From assembly GCA_965218305.1 (NCBI GenBank), contig OZ244617.1, forward strand, positions 2,270,061 through 2,334,060: a stretch of 64,000 nt of DNA. The letters are read 5' to 3'. The number at the start of each line of letters is the position of its first letter. The stretch's first letter is position 1. Below are positions 19,192 through 28,162 of the stretch, piece after piece. The notes beneath the pieces were generated by a model. The model searched no databases. It was not told the DNA's origin and worked only from the letters and a program-made list of their open reading frames with translations. A program made the translations under genes and the position numbers. The stretch is from an uncultured Candidatus Binatia bacterium. Lineage in GTDB: Bacteria > Desulfobacterota > Binatia > UBA9968 > JAJDTQ01.

Positions 19192-20472
19192 GTGAATCTG
19201 ACACTGGCGTACCACCCGGTGCGAACCCTTCGTTTCGGCGCTTCTACCCGACTCGACGGAACCACCCTCGACATCGACTCGGATCAGCTTCGCGGGTTGC
19301 TGCTCGAAGACGAGGCCCTCAGCGATGTAACCTTCGAGCTCGTCGCGCCCGGTGAGGACTGCCGGGCCGGACCGGTGTTCGACATCATCGAGCCCAGGGC
19401 CAAGGCGTCCGGATCGAGTCCCGACTTCCCGGGGATCCTGGGACCTCCCTTGACGGCGGGCATGGGCACCACCCACGTGCTGTCGGGCATGACGGTCACG
19501 GTCCTGGACGAGCACGCCGCGGGCGGATCCAGAGGCTCCATCGGCCGGGTCCTGGAGATGACGGGACCGGCGGCGGAGGGGTCGTCGTACTCCGGGCTGC
19601 ACCACCTCGTCGTCATCCCCCGCATGGCCCCGGACAAGGACGGCCCCGCCGCCCAGAGGGCCAAGCGGGTAGCCGGACTCAAGACCGCGGTCTATCTCGC
19701 TCAGGCGGCGGCTTCGCAGCCGCCCTCCGAAAGCCGCCCTCTCGGGCCTGTGAATCCCGGACCGCCGGGACGCCCGGATCTGCCCCGGGTGGCCTACGTG
19801 GGACAGATCTTCTCCCGCCAGCGGCAGGCCGAGCTGAACGAGCCGGTGCTCTACGGGCTGAACACCGCCGGGATGCTGCCGGTGCTGCTGCATCCGGACG
19901 AGTGGCTGGACGGCGCGGTGGTGACATCCTACTACACCTCCATGGGGGGCGCGGAGACCTACCTCTACCAGAACCATCCCATCATCACCGAGCTTTACCG
20001 GAGACACCACGCCGGCGAGCTGAACTTCGTCGGCACGGTGGCGAGCATTGCAGGGTCGGACAACGCGGACCGCGACCGGAACTGCCGCACCGCCGCCTCC
20101 CTGGTGCAATGGGCGCTGAATGCCGATGCCGCCGTGCTCACCAAGTACGGCGGCGGCGTGCCTCACGCCGATCTGGCGGAGACCGCGCGGCTGCTGGAGA
20201 CCCAGGGCATTCGCACGTCGGTCATGGTTTCGGACGTGTCGCGCGACCGCCGGGTGGAGTCGGCGTTGCTGTTCAACTTCCCGGAGGTGAACGCCATCGT
20301 CTACGGCGGGGGCAACGACACGCGGTGGCAAGTGCCACCGGCCGGACGGGTGATCGCCGCGACGCCGGCCATCGGCGAGTTGCTGGCCGGGGTCCGGGAA
20401 CTGGGGGCCATGAACGTGGCGGGCGTCACCAACCAGCAAGGCGCGTCGAGGCTGCGGGCGGTGGTCTACTGA
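19192..20472 (+). CDS. grdE: Glycine/sarcosine/betaine reductase component B alpha/beta proprotein (GrdE-like)
   Basis: DIIEPRAK, G.THVL, LHPDEWLDGAVV, YQNHPII.ELY, ELNFVG motifs; upstream of grdB-like gene. Confidence 0.8.
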   Translation: MNLTLAYHPVRTLRFGASTRLDGTTLDIDSDQLRGLLLEDEALSDVTFELVAPGEDCRAGPVFDIIEPRAKASGSSPDFPGILGPPLTAGMGTTHVLSGMTVTVLDEHAAGGSRGSIGRVLEMTGPAAEGSSYSGLHHLVVIPRMAPDKDGPAAQRAKRVAGLKTAVYLAQAAASQPPSESRPLGPVNPGPPGRPDLPRVAYVGQIFSRQRQAELNEPVLYGLNTAGMLPVLLHPDEWLDGAVVTSYYTSMGGAETYLYQNHPIITELYRRHHAGELNFVGTVASIAGSDNADRDRNCRTAASLVQWALNADAAVLTKYGGGVPHADLAETARLLETQGIRTSVMVSDVSRDRRVESALLFNFPEVNAIVYGGGNDTRWQVPPAGRVIAATPAIGELLAGVRELGAMNVAGVTNQQGASRLRAVVY

Positions 20473-20553
20473 CGAGGCCGTGCGAAGCCGTGGACACGCC
20501 ACCGCGCACGGAATGACAGGGCAACGAACATCTCGAACAGGGAGGCCGTAACC

Positions 20554-21840
20554 ATGAGGATCGTTCACTACCTCAACCAGTTCTTCGGGGGGATCGGCGG
20601 CGAGGAGCAGGCCGGGAGCGCGCTTCGGGAAACGGAAAGCGCCGTCGGTCCGGGCCGTCTTCTCGAGCAGACCCTCGCCGACGGGGCCACCGTCGTCAAG
20701 ACCTTGATCTGCGGCGACAACTACGCCGTAGAGCACCAGGAGGAGCTGACGGCCGCGGTCCTGGAACACGTCCGGAACGCCCGTGCGGACCTGTTCGTGG
20801 CCGGCCCGTGCTTTGACGCCGGCCGCTACGGCATGGCCGCCGGCGCCCTGTGCAGCGCGGTACAGAAGGAGATCGGCATCCCCGTCCTTACCGCCATGCA
20901 CGAGGAGAACCCGGGGGTAGACCTCTATCGGGAGGGCCTCTATATCGTCGACTCCGGGCGGAATGCGGCCAACATGAAACAGGTCGTCCAACGCATGGCC
21001 GGGCTGGCCCGGAAGCTGTCGGCCGAAGAGTCCATCGGCCTGCCGCGGGACGAGGGCTACCTGACCCGGGGGCTGATACGGGATCAGTTCGTGGACAAGT
21101 CCTCGGCCGAGCGGCTGGTGGACATGGTGCTGGCCAAGGTCCGGGAGCAGCCGTTCGACACCGAGATGCCGGTCACCTCCTTCCAGCCCGTGGCCAAGCC
21201 CAGGGGCGTGGACGACCTGTCCAAGGCCACCGTGATGCTCATCACCGACGGCGGCCTGGTTCCCAAGGGCAATCCGGACGCCATCGAAGGGATGGCGGCC
21301 ACCAAGTGGGGCGCCTACGACATCTCCAGTGCCGACGACCTCGCGGGCGAGGACTACGAGATCTCCCACGGCGGCTACGACCCCCGCTTCGTTCAGGCCG
21401 ACCCGGACCGCCTGGTGCCCCTCGACGCCCTGAGACAACTGGAGAGGGAAGGCGCGGTGGGCAAGATCCACGGGGAGTTCCTCTCCACCTCCGGCCTGTC
21501 CAACCCTCTTTCGAACACTCGCCGGCTGGGCCGGGAGATGGCGGAGAAGGTGAAGCGCGAGGGGGTCGACGCCGTCATCCTCACCTCCACGTGAGGCACC
21601 AGCACTCGCAGCGGCGCTGCGATCACCACCGAGCTCGAAAAAGCCGGCGTCCCCGTCGTGCAGATGACCTCCGCCCTTCCCATCGCCAAGATGGTGGGCT
21701 CCAACCGCGTCGTGCTGGGAGCCGGCATCGTCCACGTGACCGGAGACGCGAGCCTGCCGGCGGACGAGGAAAAGGCGCTAAGGCGCAAGCTGGTTCAGGA
21801 GGCGCTGGATTCGCTGAGGGCGGAAGGGGGTACCGGGTAG
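20554..21840 (+). CDS. grdB: Glycine/betaine/sarcosine reductase selenoprotein B (GrdB-like); UGA at 21592-21594 read as Sec
   Basis: MRIVHYLNQFFGGIGGEE, AGPCFDAGRYG, HGGYD, DAVILTST-UGA-GTSTRSG; the same frame continues to TAG 21840 with GrdB-like C-terminus (EKAGVPVVQM...VGSNRVV). Confidence 0.9.
21606..21622 (+). promoter_or_regulatory. Putative bacterial SECIS hairpin
   Basis: TCGCAGC-GGC-GCTGCGA perfect 7-bp stem starting 11 nt after the UGA, G in the loop. Confidence 0.75.
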
Positions 21841-22081
21841 GCGCCCGTGCAGGTATAAGGAAACGCTAAACGCTTCAGACCTCTTGTGCGGGCATGGCCC
21901 CGCATCGTCACCTTGTAGTTGATTCGTTAAACTGTTCGCTGAGCGTGTGAAGCCGTTCGACCGCCCGGCGACTCGACGCCGACGTAGCCGCCGGGCGGCA
22001 CACTGGCCGGGGGGCGCCCGTAACGAGCCGGTGTCAAGGGCGTCCAAGCTCGGACCGCGCCCGAAGGAAGGAGAGCGACCG

Positions 22082-23443
22082 ATGTTGAACAATCTCGAGG
22101 TCACCAACTTCAAGGCGTGGCGCAATCTGGAAATGCAATTCGGCAAGGTGACCGGCCTTTTTGGCACAAACAGTTCCGGTAAGAGCAGCGTGCTCCAGTT
22201 CCTGCTGCTGCTGAAGCAGACGAAGAATGCCACGGACCGGGGTCTCGTCCTGGACTTCGGTGGACCGAAAGAGCTGGTAAATCTGGGGACCTACCAAGCC
22301 ATTGTACATCGAGGCGACCAGGCAGCGGACATCGACTGGACGCTGGATTGGAAGCTCCCGGAGCCTCTCAAGGTCTACGACCCGAGTGGGCGTCGCAAGG
22401 ACGTACTCTTCACGGGAAACAGTCTGCAAGAGAGCTCTCGGGTAGGATTGAAGGGTTCACATCTGTCGGCGCGCCATGTGAAATACAGGTTTGCCGACTC
22501 CGTTTTCGCCATCGAGCCGAAGACGGAGAACTCCAGTGAGTTCGAGCTCAGGTCAGACGGTCCCCAATCGCTGAGATTCATTCGTAATCCAGGACGAGGC
22601 TGGGCATTGCCCGGGCCGGCCAAAACCCACCTTTTCCCCGACCAAGCTCGTACCTACTATCAAAACACCAGCTTTCTGAGCGACTTCGAAGCCGAGTACG
22701 AAGCTCTGATGGACAGGATATTCTATCTTGGCCCTCTCCGAGAGCATCCGCAGCGCGAGTACCGCTGGTCGGGGGCCAGGCCCGCTGACGTGGGGCCAAG
22801 CGGAGAACACACCGTCGATGCCATCCTGGCAGCTACCGCGCAAGACGAAATGCGGAATTTGGCGCCGCGCAAGCGATACATGAAATTTCAGGAAATGATC
22901 GCCCATTGGTTGGGCGAACTGCGCATGATCCATTCGTTCCAGATCAAGGAAATCGGGTCTGGGACAAACCTCTACCAGGCCTGCGTGCAAACGGATCAAA
23001 ACAGCCCCGAGACGATGTTGACGGACGTCGGTTTTGGCGTCTCCCAGGTTCTGCCTGTCCTGGTGCTCCTCTACTATGTGCCGGAGGGCTCCATCGTGTT
23101 GATGGAACAACCCGAGATTCACCTGCATCCATCCGTCCAAAGCGAACTGGCGGACGTGATGCTCGCTGTAGCCCAGCATCGCCAAGTGCAGATTATCGTG
23201 GAAAGCCACAGCGAGCATTTGCTGCGACGCTTTCAGCGACGCGCGGCCGAAGAAAGCGTGTCGTCGTCGGATTTGAAGCTCTATTTCGTTCGGACAAGCC
23301 GTGGTGCAGCCGAATTGAACGACCTCGAGCTCAATGAGTGGGGTGAGATAGAGAACTGGCCGGACAAATTCTTTGGAGATGAAATGGGCGAGATTGCCAC
23401 GATCAGCAAAATGTCCCTGGAACGACGGATCAAGGCCTCGTGA
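22082..23443 (+). CDS. ABC-type ATPase (AAA_15/AAA_21 with DUF3696-like tail)
   Basis: NFKAW, Walker A GTNSSGKS, YLGPLR, DVGFGVSQVLP signature, MEQPEIHLHP Walker B/D-loop, ESHSE H-loop, NWPDKFF tail; AAGGAAGGAG RBS. Confidence 0.9.
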   Translation: MLNNLEVTNFKAWRNLEMQFGKVTGLFGTNSSGKSSVLQFLLLLKQTKNATDRGLVLDFGGPKELVNLGTYQAIVHRGDQAADIDWTLDWKLPEPLKVYDPSGRRKDVLFTGNSLQESSRVGLKGSHLSARHVKYRFADSVFAIEPKTENSSEFELRSDGPQSLRFIRNPGRGWALPGPAKTHLFPDQARTYYQNTSFLSDFEAEYEALMDRIFYLGPLREHPQREYRWSGARPADVGPSGEHTVDAILAATAQDEMRNLAPRKRYMKFQEMIAHWLGELRMIHSFQIKEIGSGTNLYQACVQTDQNSPETMLTDVGFGVSQVLPVLVLLYYVPEGSIVLMEQPEIHLHPSVQSELADVMLAVAQHRQVQIIVESHSEHLLRRFQRRAAEESVSSSDLKLYFVRTSRGAAELNDLELNEWGEIENWPDKFFGDEMGEIATISKMSLERRIKAS

Positions 23444-23928
23444 TGAAGCCCTATGTCGTAGACACCAACGTTGCCATCGCGGCGAACGGAAGGAGCACAC
23501 ACGCGGACCTCCAATGCCAACTGGCGTGTGTAGAAAAACTGGAGGACGTTTGCGGTCAGCAAGTTGTTGTAGTTGACGACGGCGGTCTCATATTCGACGA
23601 ATACAAAGGAAGCCTAAACTTTGCAGGCGCCCCGGGAGTGGGCGACAAGTTCTTCAAGCATGTTTTCGATCATGGGTACGACAAAAACCGCGTGCGTCGA
23701 GTTTTGATTACGCCAAGCAGCGATGATCGCCGGGGCTTCGAGGAACTGCCGGAAAATGATCTGGATAAATCCGATCACAAGTTTCTTGCCACGGCGCTGG
23801 TCGCGGGGGCCGCTATCCTCAACGCAACAGACAGCGACTGGAGTGAGCAGGAAGCGCTGACGAAGCACTTGGAGGTGACGGTACGACAGCTTTGTCCACA
23901 GCATGCTTCAAAAATCGGCAGTTCGTAG
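23440..23928 (+). CDS. PIN-domain-like protein (putative ribonuclease)
   Basis: N-terminal VVDTNV, mid DEY, D.SD.KFLATA, ATDSDW acidic residues; GTGA overlap with ATPase stop. Confidence 0.7.
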   Translation: MMKPYVVDTNVAIAANGRSTHADLQCQLACVEKLEDVCGQQVVVVDDGGLIFDEYKGSLNFAGAPGVGDKFFKHVFDHGYDKNRVRRVLITPSSDDRRGFEELPENDLDKSDHKFLATALVAGAAILNATDSDWSEQEALTKHLEVTVRQLCPQHASKIGSS

Positions 23929-23955
23929 ATGATTGTGGTTTCAACGACAAGTCGC

Positions 23956-24603
23956 ATGCTCAAGTATCCGAGAACCCCCTACTGGCCGCAGTCGCCAGCG
24001 CGGGCCGCGGGCGACGAAACCCTTGCCGATCCAACTCGGTTCGCCGGCTCGCCGGTAGTCGTCACCGAAAAGCTCGACGGCGGCAACACGCTCCTGCACA
24101 TCGGCGAGGTGTACGGACGTAGCGTCTCCGCGCCCTCGATCGGTAAATGGATGGCCATGGTCAGAAAGCACCATGCGTGGAAGGTGTTGGAGCCGGACAT
24201 CTTTCTCTACGGCGAAGACATCTACGGCGTACACAGCATCGAGTACGACCCCGTGCCGGAGAACGAGACATTCTATGCCTTTGCGCTTCGTTTCGCGGAC
24301 GGGTCGTTCTCCTCGTTCCAGGCACTAGTGAAATACGCCCAGGAACACGAGACCCCGGTGGTTCCAGTGCTGTACGAGGGTGTGTTCCGGTCAGTGGACG
24401 AGATCCAGGATTTCGTGAGGCATGCTCACACGGAGCCATCCGCGCTTGGCGGCGCAAGAGAAGGCGTGGTCATACGGCTGGCACGGGAATTTCCGGCCAG
24501 CGACTTCCACCTCAACGTCTGCAAGAGCGTTCGCGAGGGCCATGTCCAGTCCGATGAACACTGGTCGAAGGGTTGGAAGGCCTGCCGCATTGCGCAAGCG
24601 TAG
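23956..24603 (+). CDS. ATP-dependent RNA ligase (Rnl2-like nucleotidyltransferase domain)
   Basis: KYPRTP, motif I TEKLDGGN, LYGE, FYAF, EGVVIR, KSV; alternative ATG at 23929 abuts the PIN stop. Confidence 0.85.
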   Translation: MLKYPRTPYWPQSPARAAGDETLADPTRFAGSPVVVTEKLDGGNTLLHIGEVYGRSVSAPSIGKWMAMVRKHHAWKVLEPDIFLYGEDIYGVHSIEYDPVPENETFYAFALRFADGSFSSFQALVKYAQEHETPVVPVLYEGVFRSVDEIQDFVRHAHTEPSALGGAREGVVIRLAREFPASDFHLNVCKSVREGHVQSDEHWSKGWKACRIAQA

Positions 24604-24670
24604 CCAGCGGGATGGCGGTGACGATCCATGGCGAACACGCCCCCACGGCCACTTCACGGGATAGTACGCA

Positions 24671-25849
24671 TCAGCCGCCGGCAGGCTCAAGCCGTGCGAT
24701 CACACCGTTCGGCTCATCGCTCAGCAGATAGATGTATCCGTCCGGCCCGACCCGCACGTCCCGGACGCGGCCGATGACCCCCTTGAGCATCCGCTCTTCG
24801 CGCACGACTCGCTCTCCATCGAGCTCGAGCCGCACCAGCAAACGGAACTTGAGCGCACCCACCAGCAGGTTGCCGCGCCAGCCGGGAAACCGGTCCCCAT
24901 CGTAGAACGCCATGCCTGAGGGCGCGATGGACGGCGTCCACTGGTGCAGCGGCTGGGCCATGCCCTGCTTATGGGTCCCTTCGCCGATCCGCGTGCCGGT
25001 GCCGTAGTTCCTGCCGTAGGTGATCACCGGCCAGCCATAGTTCACGCCGGCGCGGATGACGTTGACCTCGTCACCACCCTGGGGGCCGTGCTCGTGGGTC
25101 CAGAGCGCGCCGGTCCGGGGATTCAGCGCCGCGCCCTGCACGTTGCGGTTGCCAAGGGTGTAGATCTCGGGTCTCGCGCCCGCCACCGACCGGTAGGGGT
25201 TGTCCCGTGGTATGCCACCGTCCTCGGTGAGGCGGATGACGGAGCCGGCGTGGTCGCGAGGGTCCTGCGCGCGCGGCCCGTCGCCCCGATCCCCCAGGGT
25301 AAGGAACACCTGCCCCGTGCCGTCGAACACCACGCGCCCGCCGAAGTGACGGCCTCCCCACGACTTCGGCAACGCTCTGAACAGGATCTGCACTCCGGTA
25401 AGGCGGTAGCCGTCAAGCCGGCCCCGGGCAAGTTCGGTGCCGTGGCCGCCGGCGCCCTTGCCGGCATAGGCGAAGTAGACGAGGCGGTTCTGCGAGAACC
25501 GTGGATGCAGCACCACATCGTGCAACCCGCCCTGCCGCCTGGCTGAAAGGGCTTCGGGAAGGCCGGAGATGGGAGTGGGATCCAGCGTGCCATCAGCGGC
25601 GACGTAGCGGAGCCGGCCAGCCCGTTCGGTGACCAGCAACCGTCCGTCGGGCAGAAATGCCAGCGACCACGGGTGCTCGAGCCCGCGGGTCAGGATACGA
25701 ACCTGCACGCCGTGCCGCTCGGTCTGTTCGACCGTGTCCGCGGTGGTGGTGCCGGACCAGGAAAGGGTCAAGACGAGGGCGCATGCGGCGAGGCAGCGTA
25801 GCGGACGGCCAAACCGCGGCCGCCGACCGCTTATTCCAGCAACCGTCAT
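24671..25849 (-). CDS. PQQ-dependent aldose sugar dehydrogenase (YliI-like)
   Basis: LEHPWSLAFLPDG, HFGGR, GNRNVQG, EHGPQGGDE, NYGWP, SIAPSG. Confidence 0.93.
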   Translation of the reverse strand: MTVAGISGRRPRFGRPLRCLAACALVLTLSWSGTTTADTVEQTERHGVQVRILTRGLEHPWSLAFLPDGRLLVTERAGRLRYVAADGTLDPTPISGLPEALSARRQGGLHDVVLHPRFSQNRLVYFAYAGKGAGGHGTELARGRLDGYRLTGVQILFRALPKSWGGRHFGGRVVFDGTGQVFLTLGDRGDGPRAQDPRDHAGSVIRLTEDGGIPRDNPYRSVAGARPEIYTLGNRNVQGAALNPRTGALWTHEHGPQGGDEVNVIRAGVNYGWPVITYGRNYGTGTRIGEGTHKQGMAQPLHQWTPSIAPSGMAFYDGDRFPGWRGNLLVGALKFRLLVRLELDGERVVREERMLKGVIGRVRDVRVGPDGYIYLLSDEPNGVIARLEPAGG

Positions 25850-26012
25850 AGACACTATCCTCTGAGTCCATTGCTCGTCATCAGTTCATCCCGTAGCGGT
25901 TTTCCCGCACCGTTCCAGCATACATCATCGGGAGAGACGGGCAACAATGTCCGTTCTTCTATATTGGCAACTCCGCCTATGTCACACATCAAGTGTACCC
26001 ATCCAAGCAACT

Positions 26013-26045
26013 ATGCAAATATAATATATTGAGTTATATTTACAT
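26013..26045. promoter_or_regulatory. AT-rich inverted repeat (candidate operator) just before the ATPase start
   Basis: ATGCAAATATAA-N9-TTATATTTACAT, 11/12 match. Confidence 0.55.
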
Positions 26046-26047
26046 GG

Positions 26048-27223
26048 ATGATCGATCGCCACATCAAGCCGACACTGAACCGGCTCCTGGACACGAACCC
26101 GGCCGTTGTCTTGATCGGGCCACGTCAGGTCGGGAAGACAACCCTCGCCCGGGTCATCGCACACGAGCGCAATGCGGTCTATCTGGATCTGGAGCGGCCA
26201 AGTGACCTCGCCAAGGTGAGCGACATCGAAAGCTTCTGCGAGGAAACCGCCGACCACCTGCTCATCCTCGATGAGATACACCGTGTGCCGGGTTTGTTCG
26301 CTCCGTTGCGCAGCATCATCGATGAAAGCCGGCAGGCCGGCAAGAGAGCCGGGCTGTTCCTGCTGCTCGGCTCGGCCTCCATAGACCTACTGAAACAGTC
26401 GAGTGAGACCCTGGCCGGCCGCGTCGCCCACTGCGAACTGCATGCCCTCAATGCCAGAGAGCTGCCCGTGGGCGAGCTTCGCCGGCTCTGGTGCCGAGGC
26501 GGTTTTCCGGAAAGCTATCTCGCCCCTAGTGACGACCGAAGCCTGGAGTGGCGCCTGAATTTCATCCGCACCTACCTCGATCGTGACATGCCGCAGTTCG
26601 GGCCGCGTATTCCGGCTGAGACGTTACGCCGGTTCTGGACAATGCTTGCCCATAATCAGGGGCAGATCCACAACGCGGCAGCACTGGCACGGGGACTGGA
26701 CGTCAACGGCGTCACCATCGCAAGGTATCTGGACCTGATGGTCGATCTCCTGCTGGTCCGCCGACTGCCGCCGTGGACCAGCAACTTGGGAAGACGGCTG
26801 GTCAAGGCACCGAAGGTCTACGTGAGAGACAGCGGCGTCTGCCATGCACTGTTGGGCATCGAGACCATGGACGAACTGCTCGGGCATCCCGTCATCGGCG
26901 GCAGTTGGGAAGGGTACGCCATCGAGAACATCGTCAGCGCACTGCCGAGACGGGCATCGTACGGGTATTACCGCACCTCGGGCGGCGCCGAAATAGACTT
27001 GGTCATCGACCTCGGGGCCGGTGAGGTCTGGGCGGTAGAGATCAAGTGCAGCTCCGCGCCGACAGTCTCCAAAGGATTCCACAGTGCCTGCGAAGACCTG
27101 CGGCCGAACCGGAAGTTTGTCGTGCATGCCGGGAGAGAAAGCTTCCCGCTTGGCAAGGACATCCAGGCCGTGACGCTGCCAGCAATGGTGGACCGGCTGA
27201 CGAATTCAAAGGATTCGCACTAA
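26048..27223 (+). CDS. AAA_14 ATPase with DUF4143 C-terminal nuclease-like domain
   Basis: GPRQVGKTT, LDEIH, LGSAS, LAGR, RGGFPE, K.Y.RDSG, EIDLV...AVEIK. Confidence 0.92.
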   Translation: MIDRHIKPTLNRLLDTNPAVVLIGPRQVGKTTLARVIAHERNAVYLDLERPSDLAKVSDIESFCEETADHLLILDEIHRVPGLFAPLRSIIDESRQAGKRAGLFLLLGSASIDLLKQSSETLAGRVAHCELHALNARELPVGELRRLWCRGGFPESYLAPSDDRSLEWRLNFIRTYLDRDMPQFGPRIPAETLRRFWTMLAHNQGQIHNAAALARGLDVNGVTIARYLDLMVDLLLVRRLPPWTSNLGRRLVKAPKVYVRDSGVCHALLGIETMDELLGHPVIGGSWEGYAIENIVSALPRRASYGYYRTSGGAEIDLVIDLGAGEVWAVEIKCSSAPTVSKGFHSACEDLRPNRKFVVHAGRESFPLGKDIQAVTLPAMVDRLTNSKDSH

Positions 27224-27367
27224 ACCGGCTTCCTGACGTGTTTGATGAAGAATAGCGTGCAAGTCGCCTTGCAGAGACCGGTGATGACTCCGCGCCACAC
27301 GTTTGAGCGCATCGAGCGTTGCGGGCGGTATCCCGCTGATGCGTATCGAACTCATACCGTCCCCTGC

Positions 27368-28111
27368 TCACGGCATGACCATGCCGCCGTTGACGTGCAG
27401 GGTCGCTCCGGTGACGTAGTCGCTCTCGTCGTTGGCGAGAAAGAAGATGCCGTCGGCGATCTCCTCGGGCATGGCGGCGCGGCCCATGGGCAGGACGCCC
27501 GAGAGTTGGGCCCACTCGTCCGTGTCATACTTTCCCCGCACCCGCTCGGTTCCGGTGAGTCCGGGGGCGATGGTGTTTACCCGTATGCCGTGGGGCGCCA
27601 GTTCCGTGGCCAGCGACTTGGAGAAGGCGATGATGGCGGCCTTGGAGGCGGCATAGTGGGTCCGCTCCGCGCCCCCCGTCACCCCGAAGTTGGAGGCGGT
27701 GTTGACGATGGTCCCCTGCCCCGCCTGCTTCATGGGAGCGATGACCGCCTGGGAGCACAGGAACGTGGTCTTGAGGTTGAGATCGAGGCACTCTTTCCAC
27801 TGGGCCGGGGTGACGTCCTGGATGGCGTTCTTGTGGAACGTGCCGCCGGCGAGGTTCACCAGCACGTCGATGCGGCCGCAGGCGGACAGGATGCGCTCGA
27901 AGGCGGCCGTCACCTCCGATTTTTGCGTCAGGTCCGCCTGGATGAAGCGTCCTTCAACCTGCTTCGTCTCGAGCAGTGACGCGGTGGCGGCGCCCGCCTC
28001 CGCGTCCCGGTCGAGGATCATGGGCACGTAGCCCTCTTCGCTGAAACGCAGCACCGCGGCACGCCCGATGCCGCTGGCGCCACCGGTCACGACAACCACC
28101 TTGGTTTCCAT
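27368..28111 (-). CDS. SDR family oxidoreductase (FabG-like)
   Basis: TGGASGIG, YAASK, RVNTIAPG, VNGG. Confidence 0.92.
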   Translation of the reverse strand: METKVVVVTGGASGIGRAAVLRFSEEGYVPMILDRDAEAGAATASLLETKQVEGRFIQADLTQKSEVTAAFERILSACGRIDVLVNLAGGTFHKNAIQDVTPAQWKECLDLNLKTTFLCSQAVIAPMKQAGQGTIVNTASNFGVTGGAERTHYAASKAAIIAFSKSLATELAPHGIRVNTIAPGLTGTERVRGKYDTDEWAQLSGVLPMGRAAMPEEIADGIFFLANDESDYVTGATLHVNGGMVMP

Positions 28112-28162
28112 CACAATTCCTTCGTTCTCGATTGCATGCGGGGACCGCGCCATCCGGCGGCC

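Noticed and set aside
20554-21594. grdB as a pseudogene or two separate ORFs
   Set aside because: The stop is UGA at the known Sec position, with a SECIS-like hairpin and an intact in-frame continuation.
19156-21735. Long antisense and alternate-frame ORFs (859 aa here; also 327-2504, 41762-43522, 51692-53455, 60436-62184)
   Set aside because: Shadow ORFs expected in high-GC coding DNA; they carry no recognisable motifs and overlap well-supported genes.
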